Below, piece by piece: positions 8,827 through 19,179 of a stretch of 64,000 nucleotides of DNA. The stretch is from an uncultured Thermoleophilia bacterium (GTDB taxonomy: Bacteria > Actinomycetota > Thermoleophilia > UBA2241): assembly GCA_963702475.1 (NCBI GenBank), contig CAVPCT010000005.1, positions 672,001 to 736,000 on the forward strand, in the 5' to 3' direction. The notes beneath the pieces are model-generated. The model was not told the origin of the DNA. It did no database searches and saw only the letters and a list, made by a program, of their open reading frames with translations. Numbering within the stretch: the first letter of the stretch is position 1; each line of letters begins with the position of its first letter. Both the position numbers and the translations under genes were made by a program.

Positions 8827-10876
8827 GTGCCCGTCGCACAGCAGAAGAAGACCATGGCCGTCATCGACGACGACGACCTCCTGCGCGACGAGCTGGTCAG
8901 GCACTTCGAGGGGCGCTACGAGGTCAGCCAGGGCAGCGGCGACGCCGGTACGCTCCGTGAGCTGCGCAGACTGCACCCGGAGGTCGTCCTGCTCGACCTG
9001 GACATCGCGGGCCGCGACGCGTTCGAGCTCCTCCGCACCATCACGTCCGACGCGGAGCTCCAGGCCACTCCCGTGGTGACGCTCAGCTCGCACGGCGGCT
9101 TCTCCACGTTCGAACGCGCCCACAGGCTCGGCGCGGCCGAGTTCGTCACCAAGCCCTTCTCGCCGGACGACCTCGCCACCAAGGTGGAGGCGGTCGTCAG
9201 CGGCCGCAAAGCACGATCCGCCGGCCGTCTCAAGCTCGGCGCCATGCTCGTGGCCAGCGGCCTCGTCTCGCAGGCACAGCTCGATTCCGCCCTGGCCAGA
9301 CAGCGCAGCGACGGCGGCCGGCTGGGCGAGCTGCTGGTCAGCGAGGGTCTGCTCTCCGAACAGGACATCGTCAACGCGGTCGCAGGCCAGATGCGCATCG
9401 GCGTCGTCGACCTCGGGCACGCCGCCCCCCAGACCAACGCCCTCGGGATGCTTCCTCGCGACTTCATCATCCGTCACCGCGTCATCCCCCTGAGCATCGA
9501 CGACTCAGGGCGCCCTTACGCTAGCCATGACCAACCCGCTGGACGTCATCACCATCGACGAGGTAGGCATGCGCATCAAGCGGCGCATCATACCGGTCAT
9601 CTGCACCGATAGCGGGTTCGACGACGCCGTGGGGCTGTACTTCACGGCGCGCGGCAAGCTCAGGGACGCGCGCCTCGAGGAGGCCGACGAGACACACACG
9701 GCGGTCGAGGACTTCGACGCCGGCGCCATCGAGATCGTCGACGGCCTGCTCACCGACGCCGTCACCATGGACGCCTCGGACATCCACCTGGAACCGCGCG
9801 AAGACTGCCTGCACGTGCGCTGTCGCATCGACGGTGTGCTGCACGACCTCAGGGAGTTCCCCCTCGACCTGCAGCCGGGCATCATCAGCCGCATCAAGAT
9901 CATGGGCAACGTGAACATCGCCGAGCGGCGCCTCCCGCAGGACGGCCGCACCACCTTCGAGCTGTCCAGCGGCGAGGCCGTCGACCTGCGTCTCGCCACC
10001 ATCCCCAGCCTGTACGGCGAGAACATCACCATACGCATCCTCGAAGTGTCCCCCCTGCCGCCCACGCTCGCTCAACTGGGGCTCACCGGCGATAATCTCG
10101 AGCGCTTCCAGAAAGCGCTCAGGGTCCCCGAGGGCGGTATCTGCATCGTGGGACCCACCGGGTCGGGCAAGTCCACCACGCTCTACACAACGCTCGAGCT
10201 CATCAAGTCGGCCGAGAGCAAGATCTACACGGTGGAGGACCCAGTCGAGCGCAAGATCGACGGGGTCGTCCAGACCGAGATCAGGCCGAGCATCGGCCTC
10301 ACGTTCGCCCAGGTGCTGCGTTCGCTCGTGCGCGCCGACCCGGACGTGATCATGGTCGGCGAGATCCGCGACCTCGAGACCGCCAAGATGGCGGCCGACG
10401 CGGCCATCACCGGCCACCTGGTGTTCAGCACACTGCACACCAACGACGCCTCGGCTGCCGTCAACCGTCTCGTGGAGATGGGCGTGCCCCGGTACCTGGT
10501 GGCGGCGGCCTGGCGCTGCTTCGTGGCGCAGCGGCTGGTGCGCCGCCTCTGCCCCCACTGCCGCACGGCCGTCAGCCTCACGGCCCAGCGCTGGCAGGAG
10601 CTCGGGCTGGGCGCAGCCCCCGGCAAGCGCATGGACATCTTCGAGCCGGTGGGGTGCAGCAAGTGCTTCGGCACCGGCTACCGAGGGCGCCTGGGGCTCT
10701 ACGAGGTCCTCGACGTCGACGACGACCTGCGCGAGATCATCGCGACCGGCGGCACCGTGCTCGACATCCAGCGCCACTCACGCACACGCGGCGTCCGCGG
10801 CCTGCGCGACGACGGCGTGCAGAAGGTGCTCGACGGGTCGACGACCTACCTCGAGCTGCTCCGCGTCACCGTCTGA
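8827..10876 (+). CDS. pilB: Receiver-MshEN-GspE/PilB secretion ATPase fusion, split by an apparent 1-nt insertion near 9508-9510
   Basis: REC (IDDD, LLDLD, KPF); tandem LGxxLVxxGL motifs; removing one g gives SGALTLAMTNPLD; then ASDIHLEP, ERRLPQDGR, GPTGSGKST, EDPVE, GEIRD, TGHLVFSTLHTND and two CxxC. Confidence 0.85.
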
Positions 10877-11010
10877 CGCGGACTTCCCGAGGCGACCGGG
10901 TAACGGTCCCTAGACGGCCGTCCCATACACCGCCGCGCCGCAGCGGCCCATACTGAGCGTCACACGGACCGAGGCGGAGCGGCGGCGAAGGCGCCTGTCG
11001 AGGCTGTTCG

Positions 11011-11055
11011 GGACCGGCGGCGCGGAGCGGGGGCTCGCACCGCCGGTCCTTTGTT
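11011..11055 (+). terminator. Intrinsic terminator-like hairpin with U tract
   Basis: ggaccggcgg...cgccggtcc followed by tttgtt between convergent pilB and paaK. Confidence 0.55.
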
Positions 11056-11121
11056 CGAGCCACCATCATCCAATCGCCGCGCTGCCATCGCCGCCTTGCG
11101 GGCGAGGCCGCGCGACGCGCC

Positions 11122-12420
11122 TCACGTACGCCTGTCGATGACCCTCTTGGCCTTGCCCTCGCTGCGCTGCAGCGTGCCGGGCTCGACGAGCTTCACCTTG
11201 GGACGCACGAGAAGCGCGGAGCGGAGCTCCTCGGTCACGCGACGCTCGAAGGCGCGCAGGTCGTCCATCCAGCCGTCGAACAGTGTCTCCGTGACCTCCA
11301 CCTGCACCTCGAAGGTGTCCTGGCCGTTCACGCGGTCGAGGACGATGAGGTAGAACGGCTCGACCCCTTCGATGGCGAGCAGTACCTGCTCGATGGCCGA
11401 GGGGAACACGTTCACCCCGCTGATGATGAACATGTCGTCGGTGCGGCCGACCACCTTGCCCATGCGGGCAAGGGTACGGCCGCAGGCGCAGGTCACGTAC
11501 GTCACGGTGCTCAGGTCGCGGGTGCGATAGCGGAGCACCGGCGAACACTCGCGCGTGAGCGCCGTGAACACGAGCTCGCCGACCTCGCCGTCGGCCACGG
11601 CCCTGCCGGTGGCCGGGTCGAGGCACTCGACGATGAAGTGGTCCTCCGCGATATGCATGCCGTCACGGCACTCGCACTCGCCGGCGACACCCGGGCCGAT
11701 GATCTCGGTGAGCCCGTAGTTGTCGGTCGCCGTCATGGGCAGGCGCTTCTCGATCTGGGCGCGGAGCTCCTCACTGCACGCCTCCGCGCCGAACAGCCCC
11801 AAGCGCAGCTTGAGGTCCTGCCAGGGCACCCCCATCTTCTCCACCGTCTCACCGATGTACAGGGCGTACGACGGCGTGGAGATGAGCACGGTGGTGCCGA
11901 AGTCGCGCAGGAACTGGATCTGGCGTGCCGTGTTGCCGGCGCTGATGGGGATCACGCTGGCTCCGGCGCGCTGCAGGCCGTAGTGCAGGCCGAAGCCGCC
12001 GGTGAACATGCCGTAGCCGAACGAGATCTGGGCGACGTCGTGCTGCCGCACACCGGCCGCGACGACGAGACGGCACACGAGCTCCGTCCACATGTCGAGA
12101 TCGGCGGCCGTGAAGCCACAGACCACGGGCTTGCCCGTCGTTCCCGAGGACGAGTGGATCTCCACGACGTCGTCGAGCGGCACCGCGAACAGCCCCACGG
12201 GGTACTCGTCGCGGAAGTCGTACTTCTCGGTGAACGGCAGAGCGGCGAGGTCGTCCAGGCTCTTGAGATCGCCGGGCCGGAACCCCGCGTCGTCCAGCCG
12301 CCGTCGATACAAGGGGACCCTCTCGTAGATACGCGCGAGCATGCCCTGCAGGCGCTCCAGCTGCAGCGCCTCGAGGCGCTCGCGGTCGATAGTCTCGTGC
12401 GTGGGGTCCCAGATGGTCAT
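11122..12420 (-). CDS. paaK: Phenylacetate-CoA ligase family adenylate-forming enzyme
   Basis: SSGTTGKP, GYGMFTGGFG, YGLTE, RYRTRD, GRTDDMFII, GKAKRVID. Confidence 0.92.
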   Translation of the reverse strand: MTIWDPTHETIDRERLEALQLERLQGMLARIYERVPLYRRRLDDAGFRPGDLKSLDDLAALPFTEKYDFRDEYPVGLFAVPLDDVVEIHSSSGTTGKPVVCGFTAADLDMWTELVCRLVVAAGVRQHDVAQISFGYGMFTGGFGLHYGLQRAGASVIPISAGNTARQIQFLRDFGTTVLISTPSYALYIGETVEKMGVPWQDLKLRLGLFGAEACSEELRAQIEKRLPMTATDNYGLTEIIGPGVAGECECRDGMHIAEDHFIVECLDPATGRAVADGEVGELVFTALTRECSPVLRYRTRDLSTVTYVTCACGRTLARMGKVVGRTDDMFIISGVNVFPSAIEQVLLAIEGVEPFYLIVLDRVNGQDTFEVQVEVTETLFDGWMDDLRAFERRVTEELRSALLVRPKVKLVEPGTLQRSEGKAKRVIDRRT

Positions 12421-12507
12421 GACGCCTTCCTTCAGCCAGCAACGTGCGCCCGGCCATCATACCGGGAGGGGAGGCTGCGCGCCGCGCCCGCGGACGCCTG
12501 CGGCGCG

Positions 12508-12807
12508 TCAGGAGGGACGCTGCTCGAAGACCCGCTTCGTCTGGCCCAACGACGTCTCGAGGCCGGGGACGGCGACCATGCCCCGCGGGTACTCGCGGCG
12601 GAGGTCGGTCTTCTCCGTGCAAGGCAGCTGCAGGATGTCGCCCCGCGCTTGCACGTCGCCGGGCTCGAAGCCGGCGGCGGCGAACCGGTCGCGGTAGAAC
12701 GGCACCCTCTCCCGCAGGCGCTCAGCCAGCTCGCGCAGGCGCTGCGTCTGGAACGCCTCGAGGCGCTCCCGATCCATGCACTCGCGATCCGCGTCCCGGA
12801 TGGCCAT
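12508..12807 (-). pseudogene. Internally deleted PaaK paralog (N-terminal ~80 aa fused in frame to C-terminal ~18 aa)
   Basis: [41 protein letters not shown] matches the start of the adjacent PaaK; [16 protein letters not shown] matches its end (GTLQRSEGKAKRVIDRR). Confidence 0.75.
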
Positions 12808-12848
12808 GCCCGGTTCGTCTCCCGGAGACCGCGCAGCGTGAGCTGGAA

Positions 12849-12862
12849 TACCCCTACGGGTA
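12849..12862. promoter_or_regulatory. CsoR-type copper operator
   Basis: TACCC-ctac-GGGTA inverted repeat about 105 nt upstream of copA. Confidence 0.75.
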
Positions 12863-12968
12863 CACTTCGAGATGCACACCGAGGTCGTTTGGGCTCGGGA
12901 AGGATGATGATGGACACGAGCGCCGCCGAGCAGGCCCCGGACGGCGGTCACCGCGACGACGACAGACG

Positions 12969-15455
12969 ATGAGCGAGCACGAGACCTCACTGGAGCTGCC
13001 GATCACGGGCATGACCTGCGCCGCCTGCGTGGTGCGTAACGAGAAGGCGTTGCGCAAGCTCGAAGGCGTGGCGGAGGCGAACGTGAACTTCGCCACCGAG
13101 AAGGCCACGGTGAGGTACGACCCCGCCGTGGTCTCGACCGAGGACATCGTCCATAGCGTCGAGGCCGCCGGCTACGGCGTCGTCACCGCCACGGAGACCC
13201 TGCCGATCCTCGGGATGACCTGTGCCAGCTGCGTGACGCGCGTGGAGCGGGCGCTGCGCAGACCGCCGGGCGTGCTGGACGTCAGCGTCAACTTGGCCAC
13301 CGAGAAGGCCACGGTGACGTACCTGCCCGGGCAGGCCTCGCACCGGGACCTGGCCGCGGCCGTCGAGGCGGCCGGCTATCAGGTCGTCGAGCCGGCGGCC
13401 GGCGGCGAAGCGGGCGAGCCGGCCGAGGCCGCCGCGGACGCCGCCGAGGCGGCGCGGGCGGCGGCCTACCGCCGCCTCAAGCGCAAGGTCGTAGCCGGCT
13501 TCGTGCTCAGCATCATCATCTTCGTCGGCACCATGCAGCCGGAGTGGTTCCCCTTCTTGCCGTCGTGGCTGCACAACGGGTACCTGCTGTGGGCCCTGGC
13601 CAGCATCGTCCAGTTCTGGGTGGGCTGGCAGTTCTACACGACCTCCATCAGCGCGCTGCGCCACGGCAGCACCACCATGAACACGCTCGTGGCGATGGGA
13701 TCATCGGCCGCCTACATCTACAGCGTGCTCGGCGTGCTGTTCCCCGACTTCTTCATGGAGCAGGGCCTCGCCATGCCCATGTACTTCGACTCGGCTGCGT
13801 TCATCATCACGCTGATCCTGTTCGGGCGGATGCTCGAAGCGCGCGCCAAAGGCCAGACCGGCGCGGCCATCAAGGCGCTCATCGGCCTGCAGCCGCGCAC
13901 CGCCCGCGTGCTGCGCGACGGCGTCGAGACCGACGTGCCCATCGCCGAGGTCGTCGTGGGCGACGCCGTGCTGGTGCGTCCCGGCGAGAAGGTGCCGGTG
14001 GACGGCGTCGTCACGTCCGGCTCCTCGCCGGTTGATGAGTCCATGCTCACCGGTGAGCCGCTCCCGGTGACCAAGCGTTCCGACGATGAGGTCATCGGCG
14101 CCACCATGAACACCACCGGCTCATTCACCTTCCGAGCCACCAAGGTCGGCGCCGACACCGCTCTCGCGCAGATCATCCGCCTCGTCGAACAGGCGCAGGG
14201 ATCGAAGCCGCCCATCGCGCGGCTCGCCGACGTGATAGCCGCGTACTTCGTCCCGGCCGTCATCGCCATCGCCACGGTCACGCTGGTCGTCTGGCTGATC
14301 TTCGGCCCGTCGCCGGCGCTCAACTACGCGCTGCTCAACTTCGTCGCGGTGCTGGTCATCGCGTGCCCGTGCGCCCTGGGCCTGGCGACGCCCACAGCCA
14401 TCATGGTCGGCACCGGCAAGGGCGCCGAGAACGGCGTGCTCATCCGCGACGGAAGCGCCCTGGAGACTGCCCACAAGCTCGATACCGTGGTGCTGGACAA
14501 AACGGGGACCATCACGGAGGGCAAGCCCAGGGTCACCGACGTGGTGCTGTTCGACGGCGCCGGCGACCTGGACGACGACGGTCTGCTGCGGCTGGTGGCC
14601 GCGGCGGAGCGCGGCAGCGAGCACCCGCTGGCGACGGCGGTGCTGGCAGAGGCCGACGAGCGCGGCCTCGTCCTGCCCGAGGCGAGCGGGTTCGAGGCCG
14701 TCGCCGGCCACGGCATCCGCGCCGTCGTGGACGGCCGCACCGTGGTGGCCGGCAACGAGCGTCTGGCCGGCCTGAGCGGCGACCACAAGACCGGCAGCGA
14801 GGGCGCCGCGGAGGCCGTCGATCGGCTCTCGGGTGAGGGCAAGACGGTGATCACCGTGCAGATCGACGGCGCGGCCGCAGGCGTCATCGCCGTGGCCGAC
14901 ACGGTGAAGCCGGGCTCCGCGGCGGCCGTCAGACGCCTCCGCGACCTCGGTCTCGAGGTCGTCATGCTCACCGGCGACCACCGCCGCACGGCCGATGCCA
15001 TCGCCGCGTCCGTCGGCATCGACCGCGTCGTCGCCGAGGTGCTGCCCGAGCAGAAGGAGGCGCAGGTCGCCGCCCTGCAGGGCGAGGGCAAGAGGGTCGC
15101 CATGGTGGGCGACGGCATCAACGACGCCCCGGCCCTGGCCCGTGCGGACATCGGCATCGCCATCGGCACGGGCACCGACGTGGCCATGGAGGCCGGTGAC
15201 GTCACCCTCATGTCGGGCGACCTCGGCGGAGTCGCCACGGCCATCGGCCTGTCACGGGCCACGATCCGCGTCGTCAAGCAGAACCTCTTCTGGGCCTTCG
15301 CCTACAACGTCGCCCTCATCCCCCTGGCGGCCGGCGTCTTCTATCCGGCCTTCGGCATCCTGCTGAACCCCATCTACGCGGCGGCGGCCATGGGTCTCTC
15401 AAGCGTGACGGTCGTCACCAACAGCCTGCGCCTGCGCCGCTTCAAGGTGGACTGA
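12969..15455 (+). CDS. copA: Copper-translocating P1B-type ATPase
   Basis: Two HMA domains (GMTCAAC, GMTCASC), [25 protein letters not shown] and M..SS Cu(I) ligands. Confidence 0.95.
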   Translation: MSEHETSLELPITGMTCAACVVRNEKALRKLEGVAEANVNFATEKATVRYDPAVVSTEDIVHSVEAAGYGVVTATETLPILGMTCASCVTRVERALRRPPGVLDVSVNLATEKATVTYLPGQASHRDLAAAVEAAGYQVVEPAAGGEAGEPAEAAADAAEAARAAAYRRLKRKVVAGFVLSIIIFVGTMQPEWFPFLPSWLHNGYLLWALASIVQFWVGWQFYTTSISALRHGSTTMNTLVAMGSSAAYIYSVLGVLFPDFFMEQGLAMPMYFDSAAFIITLILFGRMLEARAKGQTGAAIKALIGLQPRTARVLRDGVETDVPIAEVVVGDAVLVRPGEKVPVDGVVTSGSSPVDESMLTGEPLPVTKRSDDEVIGATMNTTGSFTFRATKVGADTALAQIIRLVEQAQGSKPPIARLADVIAAYFVPAVIAIATVTLVVWLIFGPSPALNYALLNFVAVLVIACPCALGLATPTAIMVGTGKGAENGVLIRDGSALETAHKLDTVVLDKTGTITEGKPRVTDVVLFDGAGDLDDDGLLRLVAAAERGSEHPLATAVLAEADERGLVLPEASGFEAVAGHGIRAVVDGRTVVAGNERLAGLSGDHKTGSEGAAEAVDRLSGEGKTVITVQIDGAAAGVIAVADTVKPGSAAAVRRLRDLGLEVVMLTGDHRRTADAIAASVGIDRVVAEVLPEQKEAQVAALQGEGKRVAMVGDGINDAPALARADIGIAIGTGTDVAMEAGDVTLMSGDLGGVATAIGLSRATIRVVKQNLFWAFAYNVALIPLAAGVFYPAFGILLNPIYAAAAMGLSSVTVVTNSLRLRRFKVD

Positions 15456-15646
15456 GGCAGGTCAGGACGGATCGTCAGGGTCGGCCGGGACCGCGGAGGA
15501 GCGCCGGCCGCGACGCTATCCGGCGCGGCCAGACCGTTGGCCGCGCTCCCGGCTGGCATGGTCGAGCGCGAGGTGTACTCCGCCATGTACAACAGGCTCG
15601 TGACAGAACGGCCAAGGCAGCGCCCGGATGTCCAAACTCGCGTCCC

Positions 15647-16351
15647 TTGTCAGCGTCCGACGCGCGGTGGGACGATGGTCTCATGCTGCGACTGCTCGAC
15701 CGTCACACCATCGGCCAGGTTCTCCGCACCAAGGGCGTCGACGCCTGGGGCGTGGCCGGCAACGAGCTGCGGCTGCCACTGGCCCCGGACCTCCCCACCG
15801 CCGTGTCCATGCTCATGCGCATCGACCCTCTGGTGGTGCGCACGCTCGGCGATGGGCCGACCGCGGAGTACGCACGGGAGTACCTGCGGCTCAACGTCGC
15901 GCTCGACGACGCCGCCGGCACCCTGGCGGACGTCCTGCGCGTGCACGGACACGCCGCCGAACCGGTGCGGGCGACCATGTCGGACGGCGACAACGGCCAC
16001 CGGCCGTTTCCGCACAAGACGGCGGCGACGAGCGCCGGGCTGGGATGGATCGGCAAGACGGCGCTGTTCGTGTCGCCCGACTTCGGTCCCGCCGTCAGGC
16101 TGGCGACGGTGTTCACCGACCTCGCCCTTCCGGCCGGCGAGCCCGTGTGCGAGGGCCGCTGCGGCTCCTGCCGCGACTGCGTGGACGCCTGCCCCGCCGG
16201 ATGCGGCCGCGACGTGACCTGGCGCGCCGGCATGGCCAGGGACGAGCTCTTCGACGCATCGGCGTGCCGCCATCAGATGTCGCTGGTCCGCACCGTGGAC
16301 GAGGAGATCTGCGGCATCTGCATCGCCGCCTGCCCGTACTCGCGGCGCTAG
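15647..16351 (+). CDS. Epoxyqueuosine reductase (QueG)-like 4Fe-4S protein
   Basis: HKTAATSAGLGWIGK, FGPAVRL, CGSCRDCVDACP, CGICIAACP; start may be ATG 15683. Confidence 0.75.
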   Translation: MSASDARWDDGLMLRLLDRHTIGQVLRTKGVDAWGVAGNELRLPLAPDLPTAVSMLMRIDPLVVRTLGDGPTAEYAREYLRLNVALDDAAGTLADVLRVHGHAAEPVRATMSDGDNGHRPFPHKTAATSAGLGWIGKTALFVSPDFGPAVRLATVFTDLALPAGEPVCEGRCGSCRDCVDACPAGCGRDVTWRAGMARDELFDASACRHQMSLVRTVDEEICGICIAACPYSRR

Positions 16352-16433
16352 CGAGAGGATCGCGGGCTCACGTGCGCGCGGGAGGCGCGGCCGGGGTCCA
16401 CGGACCTCGCCGCGCCTCTCGCGCGCACCGCGT

Positions 16434-16874
16434 TCACTTGAGGGGAGCCGGCCCCCTGTCCAGGATGAGCCAGGCCGTGTGCACCGGCGCATCCGGGTTG
16501 CTGCGGTCGACCCTGCCATGGACGAGCACGCGGTCACCGACGGCGACGGCGCCGAGGCTGATGACATCGGCCCCGTCGGTCCCGACCTTCATGATCACGG
16601 CCTTGCCGGCGAGCGTGAAGGTGATCTGCTTGCCGACGACTGCCTTCCTGCCCTTGATCACCTTGACCGTGAGCGAGTTCGCTGCGGTGTTGGTGGCCGT
16701 GACCTCGCCCTTGCACACGAACGGCCGCACCTTGACCTTCGCGCCGTCGGCCCTCTTGGCCAGCGCGGGGCCCGCTACCGCTGCCAGCATGAGGGCGGCG
16801 GCCGCAGCGAGCACGAGCAGCGAGGTGGCCGGACGCCGGATGCGGCGTCTGGACCCGGTGCGCTTCGTCATCAT
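16434..16874 (-). CDS. Small secreted beta-rich (OB-fold/DUF5666-like) protein
   Basis: aaggagga RBS; Arg-rich n-region, hydrophobic h-region and ALA cleavage site; GEVTA..LTV..VGDRVLVHG pattern. Confidence 0.6.
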   Translation of the reverse strand: MMTKRTGSRRRIRRPATSLLVLAAAAALMLAAVAGPALAKRADGAKVKVRPFVCKGEVTATNTAANSLTVKVIKGRKAVVGKQITFTLAGKAVIMKVGTDGADVISLGAVAVGDRVLVHGRVDRSNPDAPVHTAWLILDRGPAPLK

Positions 16875-16931
16875 CGTGGTCCTCCTTGTCGATACAGCAG
16901 GTGTGCGATCGCGTCCACAGCGTGGCACCCT

Positions 16932-16961
16932 GAGTAACCCGCAGCACGGCATGAAGGTTAG
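16932..16961 (-). promoter_or_regulatory. ECF-type promoter for the secreted-protein gene
   Basis: CTAACCT-N16-GTTACTC on the minus strand, matching the plus-strand copy. Confidence 0.6.
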
Positions 16962-16988
16962 GGGTCATGAGAACGCCGCCGCCGGACA

Positions 16989-17018
16989 CTAACCTCCGGA
17001 GGCGTACCGGCGTTCCTC
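16989..17018 (+). promoter_or_regulatory. ECF-type autoregulatory promoter
   Basis: CTAACCT-N16-GTTCCTC ending 9 nt before the sigma ATG (near-leaderless). Confidence 0.6.
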
Positions 17019-17027
17019 TGGATAGAC

Positions 17028-19016
17028 ATGGCAGTCAAGCCGCATGACGCACGGATCACGCGAGCGGGCGGCGGTCTCACCGCCGACCGGGAAGGCGTGC
17101 GCCTCCCGCCCCGTGAGGACGCGCGGCTCGTGGACGCGCTCCGCGCCCGTGCGCCCGGCGCGTTCGCGGAGCTCGTGGCCGACTACCAGAACGCCGTCTT
17201 CAGTCTCGCCCTCCGCCTCGTGCGTGACCGTGAGGACGCGCGTGACATCACGCAGGACGTCCTCATCAAGGCGCACGAGAGCATCCCCCGCATCGAGGGC
17301 GAGCTGCACCTCTGGGCGTGGCTGTACCGGGTGACGGTCAACATGTGCTGGGACCACCTGAGGGCGGCCAGCCGGCGGCCGGAACCGGCAGAGGACGCCG
17401 AGCAACTCGCCGCCGCGCGGCCGGCCGACGACGCGGAGCGGGCCGAGGTGGCGCGGCTCTTCTCGCAGAGCCTCGCGGCCCTCCCGCCGCGGCAGCAGGC
17501 CGCGCTCCTGCTCAAGGACGTCCACGGCCTCGGCCACGCGGACATCGCCGAAGCGCTCGGCATCTCGAAGGGGTCCTCCAAGGTCCTGCTCTTCCACGCG
17601 CGTCACTCGTTCCGCCGCGCGTACAAGGCGCTGGTCGCGGACGGCCCGCTGCCTGCGACCTGCCACATGGCCGAGCGGTTCGTGGCAGCCTCGGTCGGCG
17701 GCCGGCTGAGCGCCGCGCAACGGCGGGCGATCCTGCGGCACGCCCGCTCCTGTGCAGACTGCCGCAGTGTCGTGGCCGGGTGGCAGGGCCCGCACGCGGT
17801 CGGGCTGGCTCTGGCCCTGCCAATGGTCGCGGCTCCGCATCTCTTCGCCGCGCCAAGCTCCGCCCCGGGCGCGTTCGGCCCGGCCTTGGCAGGCGCCGGG
17901 GCCTCGGCGGTCGCAGGCGTGTCCGCGGCAGCAGGCGCCGGGGCCTCTGCGGGAGCCACAGCCGGAGCGATAACGGCGGGCGGAGCAGCCGCGGGCGCCA
18001 CGACAGGCGCGACGCTCGGCGCGGCAGGTGGAATCGCGGCCAAGCTCGCCGGCCTCGGCGTGACCAAGGCCGCGGCGGTGGTGCTGGCCGCCGGTTCAGT
18101 CGCGGCGTACGGCGGCGCCGAGGCGTACACCACCGGCGCCGCTCAGCCTCACCGGCCCCAGACAGCGAGTGCCGCGTCGCCGGCGGATGCGCGGCCGCCA
18201 CGAGCGGGGACCCGTTCGCCCCAGACGTTCGCGTCCGCCGTGACCGCCGCCACCCTTGACGGCGCGCACGTTCGGCCTCGCGAAGTCCCGAGCGACAGGA
18301 TCCGGGTGGAGAGGCAGGTCAAGGCGTCGCGCGACTGGCTGAAGCGACACATCGGGGCGTCGCGTGTCTGGCTCACGAGACAGGTCCGGGCGCCGCGCGC
18401 CCGGATTGTCGCCAGAGCCTGGCTGCGCGAGGCACGTCACCCCGGCTTGGACGACCGGCCGCTCCAGGACGTGGCCGCGAAGCCTGCTGGCTTGAGGCCC
18501 GGTGGTTCCCGCGGCCGGCTTCCGACCTCGCCGGCCGTGGCCGTCGCGGATCACGCGAGGCCCCGCGCCACGGCCCGCGCGGAGAAGGTCCGCGTGATCT
18601 GGGCCGCGGCGGCGGCCCACGGCTCCGTGGCAGGCCCTGGGTGGAGGCCGCCGCGACCGGCCGGCAAGGGATACCGCAGCCGGGAGCCCGGACCGGCCAC
18701 GGCGCACCCGGCACGGGTCGTGAACACGCTGGCCGGCACGGGCGGACCCAGGGCGGCCGCTGCGGCTGCCTCACGTCCGGCGAAGCTCCAGGCCCGCGCG
18801 CAGCCGGTCGCCCGTCCGGCGAAGCTCCAAGTCCGCGCCCGACCGTACGCCCGCACGGCTGGGAAGCCGGATGTCCTGGAGCGGGCGGCCGCGCGGCTCT
18901 CCTCGAACGGGCCGCACAGGGGCGCGTCGCCGCGCAAGCAGTCGCAGCCGCAGAAGCCCGTCACGCCGCACGTCGACCGCAAGCAGCCGAAGCCCGTCGA
19001 CACGAGGGGCGCCTGA
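17028..19016 (+). CDS. ECF sigma factor fused to a zinc anti-sigma (ZAS) motif, a TM segment and a long low-complexity tail
   Basis: Sigma2 (DARDITQDVLI, WLYRVTVN), sigma4 (IAEALGISKGSSKVLLFHAR), C..HARSCADC, Ala/Gly-rich hydrophobic stretch. Confidence 0.8.
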   Translation: MAVKPHDARITRAGGGLTADREGVRLPPREDARLVDALRARAPGAFAELVADYQNAVFSLALRLVRDREDARDITQDVLIKAHESIPRIEGELHLWAWLYRVTVNMCWDHLRAASRRPEPAEDAEQLAAARPADDAERAEVARLFSQSLAALPPRQQAALLLKDVHGLGHADIAEALGISKGSSKVLLFHARHSFRRAYKALVADGPLPATCHMAERFVAASVGGRLSAAQRRAILRHARSCADCRSVVAGWQGPHAVGLALALPMVAAPHLFAAPSSAPGAFGPALAGAGASAVAGVSAAAGAGASAGATAGAITAGGAAAGATTGATLGAAGGIAAKLAGLGVTKAAAVVLAAGSVAAYGGAEAYTTGAAQPHRPQTASAASPADARPPRAGTRSPQTFASAVTAATLDGAHVRPREVPSDRIRVERQVKASRDWLKRHIGASRVWLTRQVRAPRARIVARAWLREARHPGLDDRPLQDVAAKPAGLRPGGSRGRLPTSPAVAVADHARPRATARAEKVRVIWAAAAAHGSVAGPGWRPPRPAGKGYRSREPGPATAHPARVVNTLAGTGGPRAAAAAASRPAKLQARAQPVARPAKLQVRARPYARTAGKPDVLERAAARLSSNGPHRGASPRKQSQPQKPVTPHVDRKQPKPVDTRGA

Positions 19017-19097
19017 CGGCCCAGCGCAGGCCGCGACCAGGGCCGGCACCCGGCTTTCGGCACGGCCCCGGAAGCCCCCGAAACGGCGCAGGCGCCG

Positions 19098-19159
19098 TTG
19101 CGGACCTCCTCCCCCGATGCTATGCTGGCCTCACACCTAACTGAAAACGGTTTTCAGTT
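19098..19159 (+). promoter_or_regulatory. Housekeeping promoter with a Zur/Fur-type operator
   Basis: TTGCGG-N17-TATGCT (with TG extension), then the 10-1-10 palindrome aactgaaaac-g-gttttcagtt at 19139-19159. Confidence 0.8.
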
Positions 19160-19179
19160 TCACTCAGGGGAGACTCCTC

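Noticed and set aside
10877-11121. Possible short RNA between pilB and paaK (catact followed by a terminator)
   Set aside because: Only the terminator is well supported, and it is explained by the flanking genes
18770-18845. Duplicated RPAKLQxRA unit in the ECF tail
   Set aside because: A two-copy local duplication in a low-complexity region with no evident function
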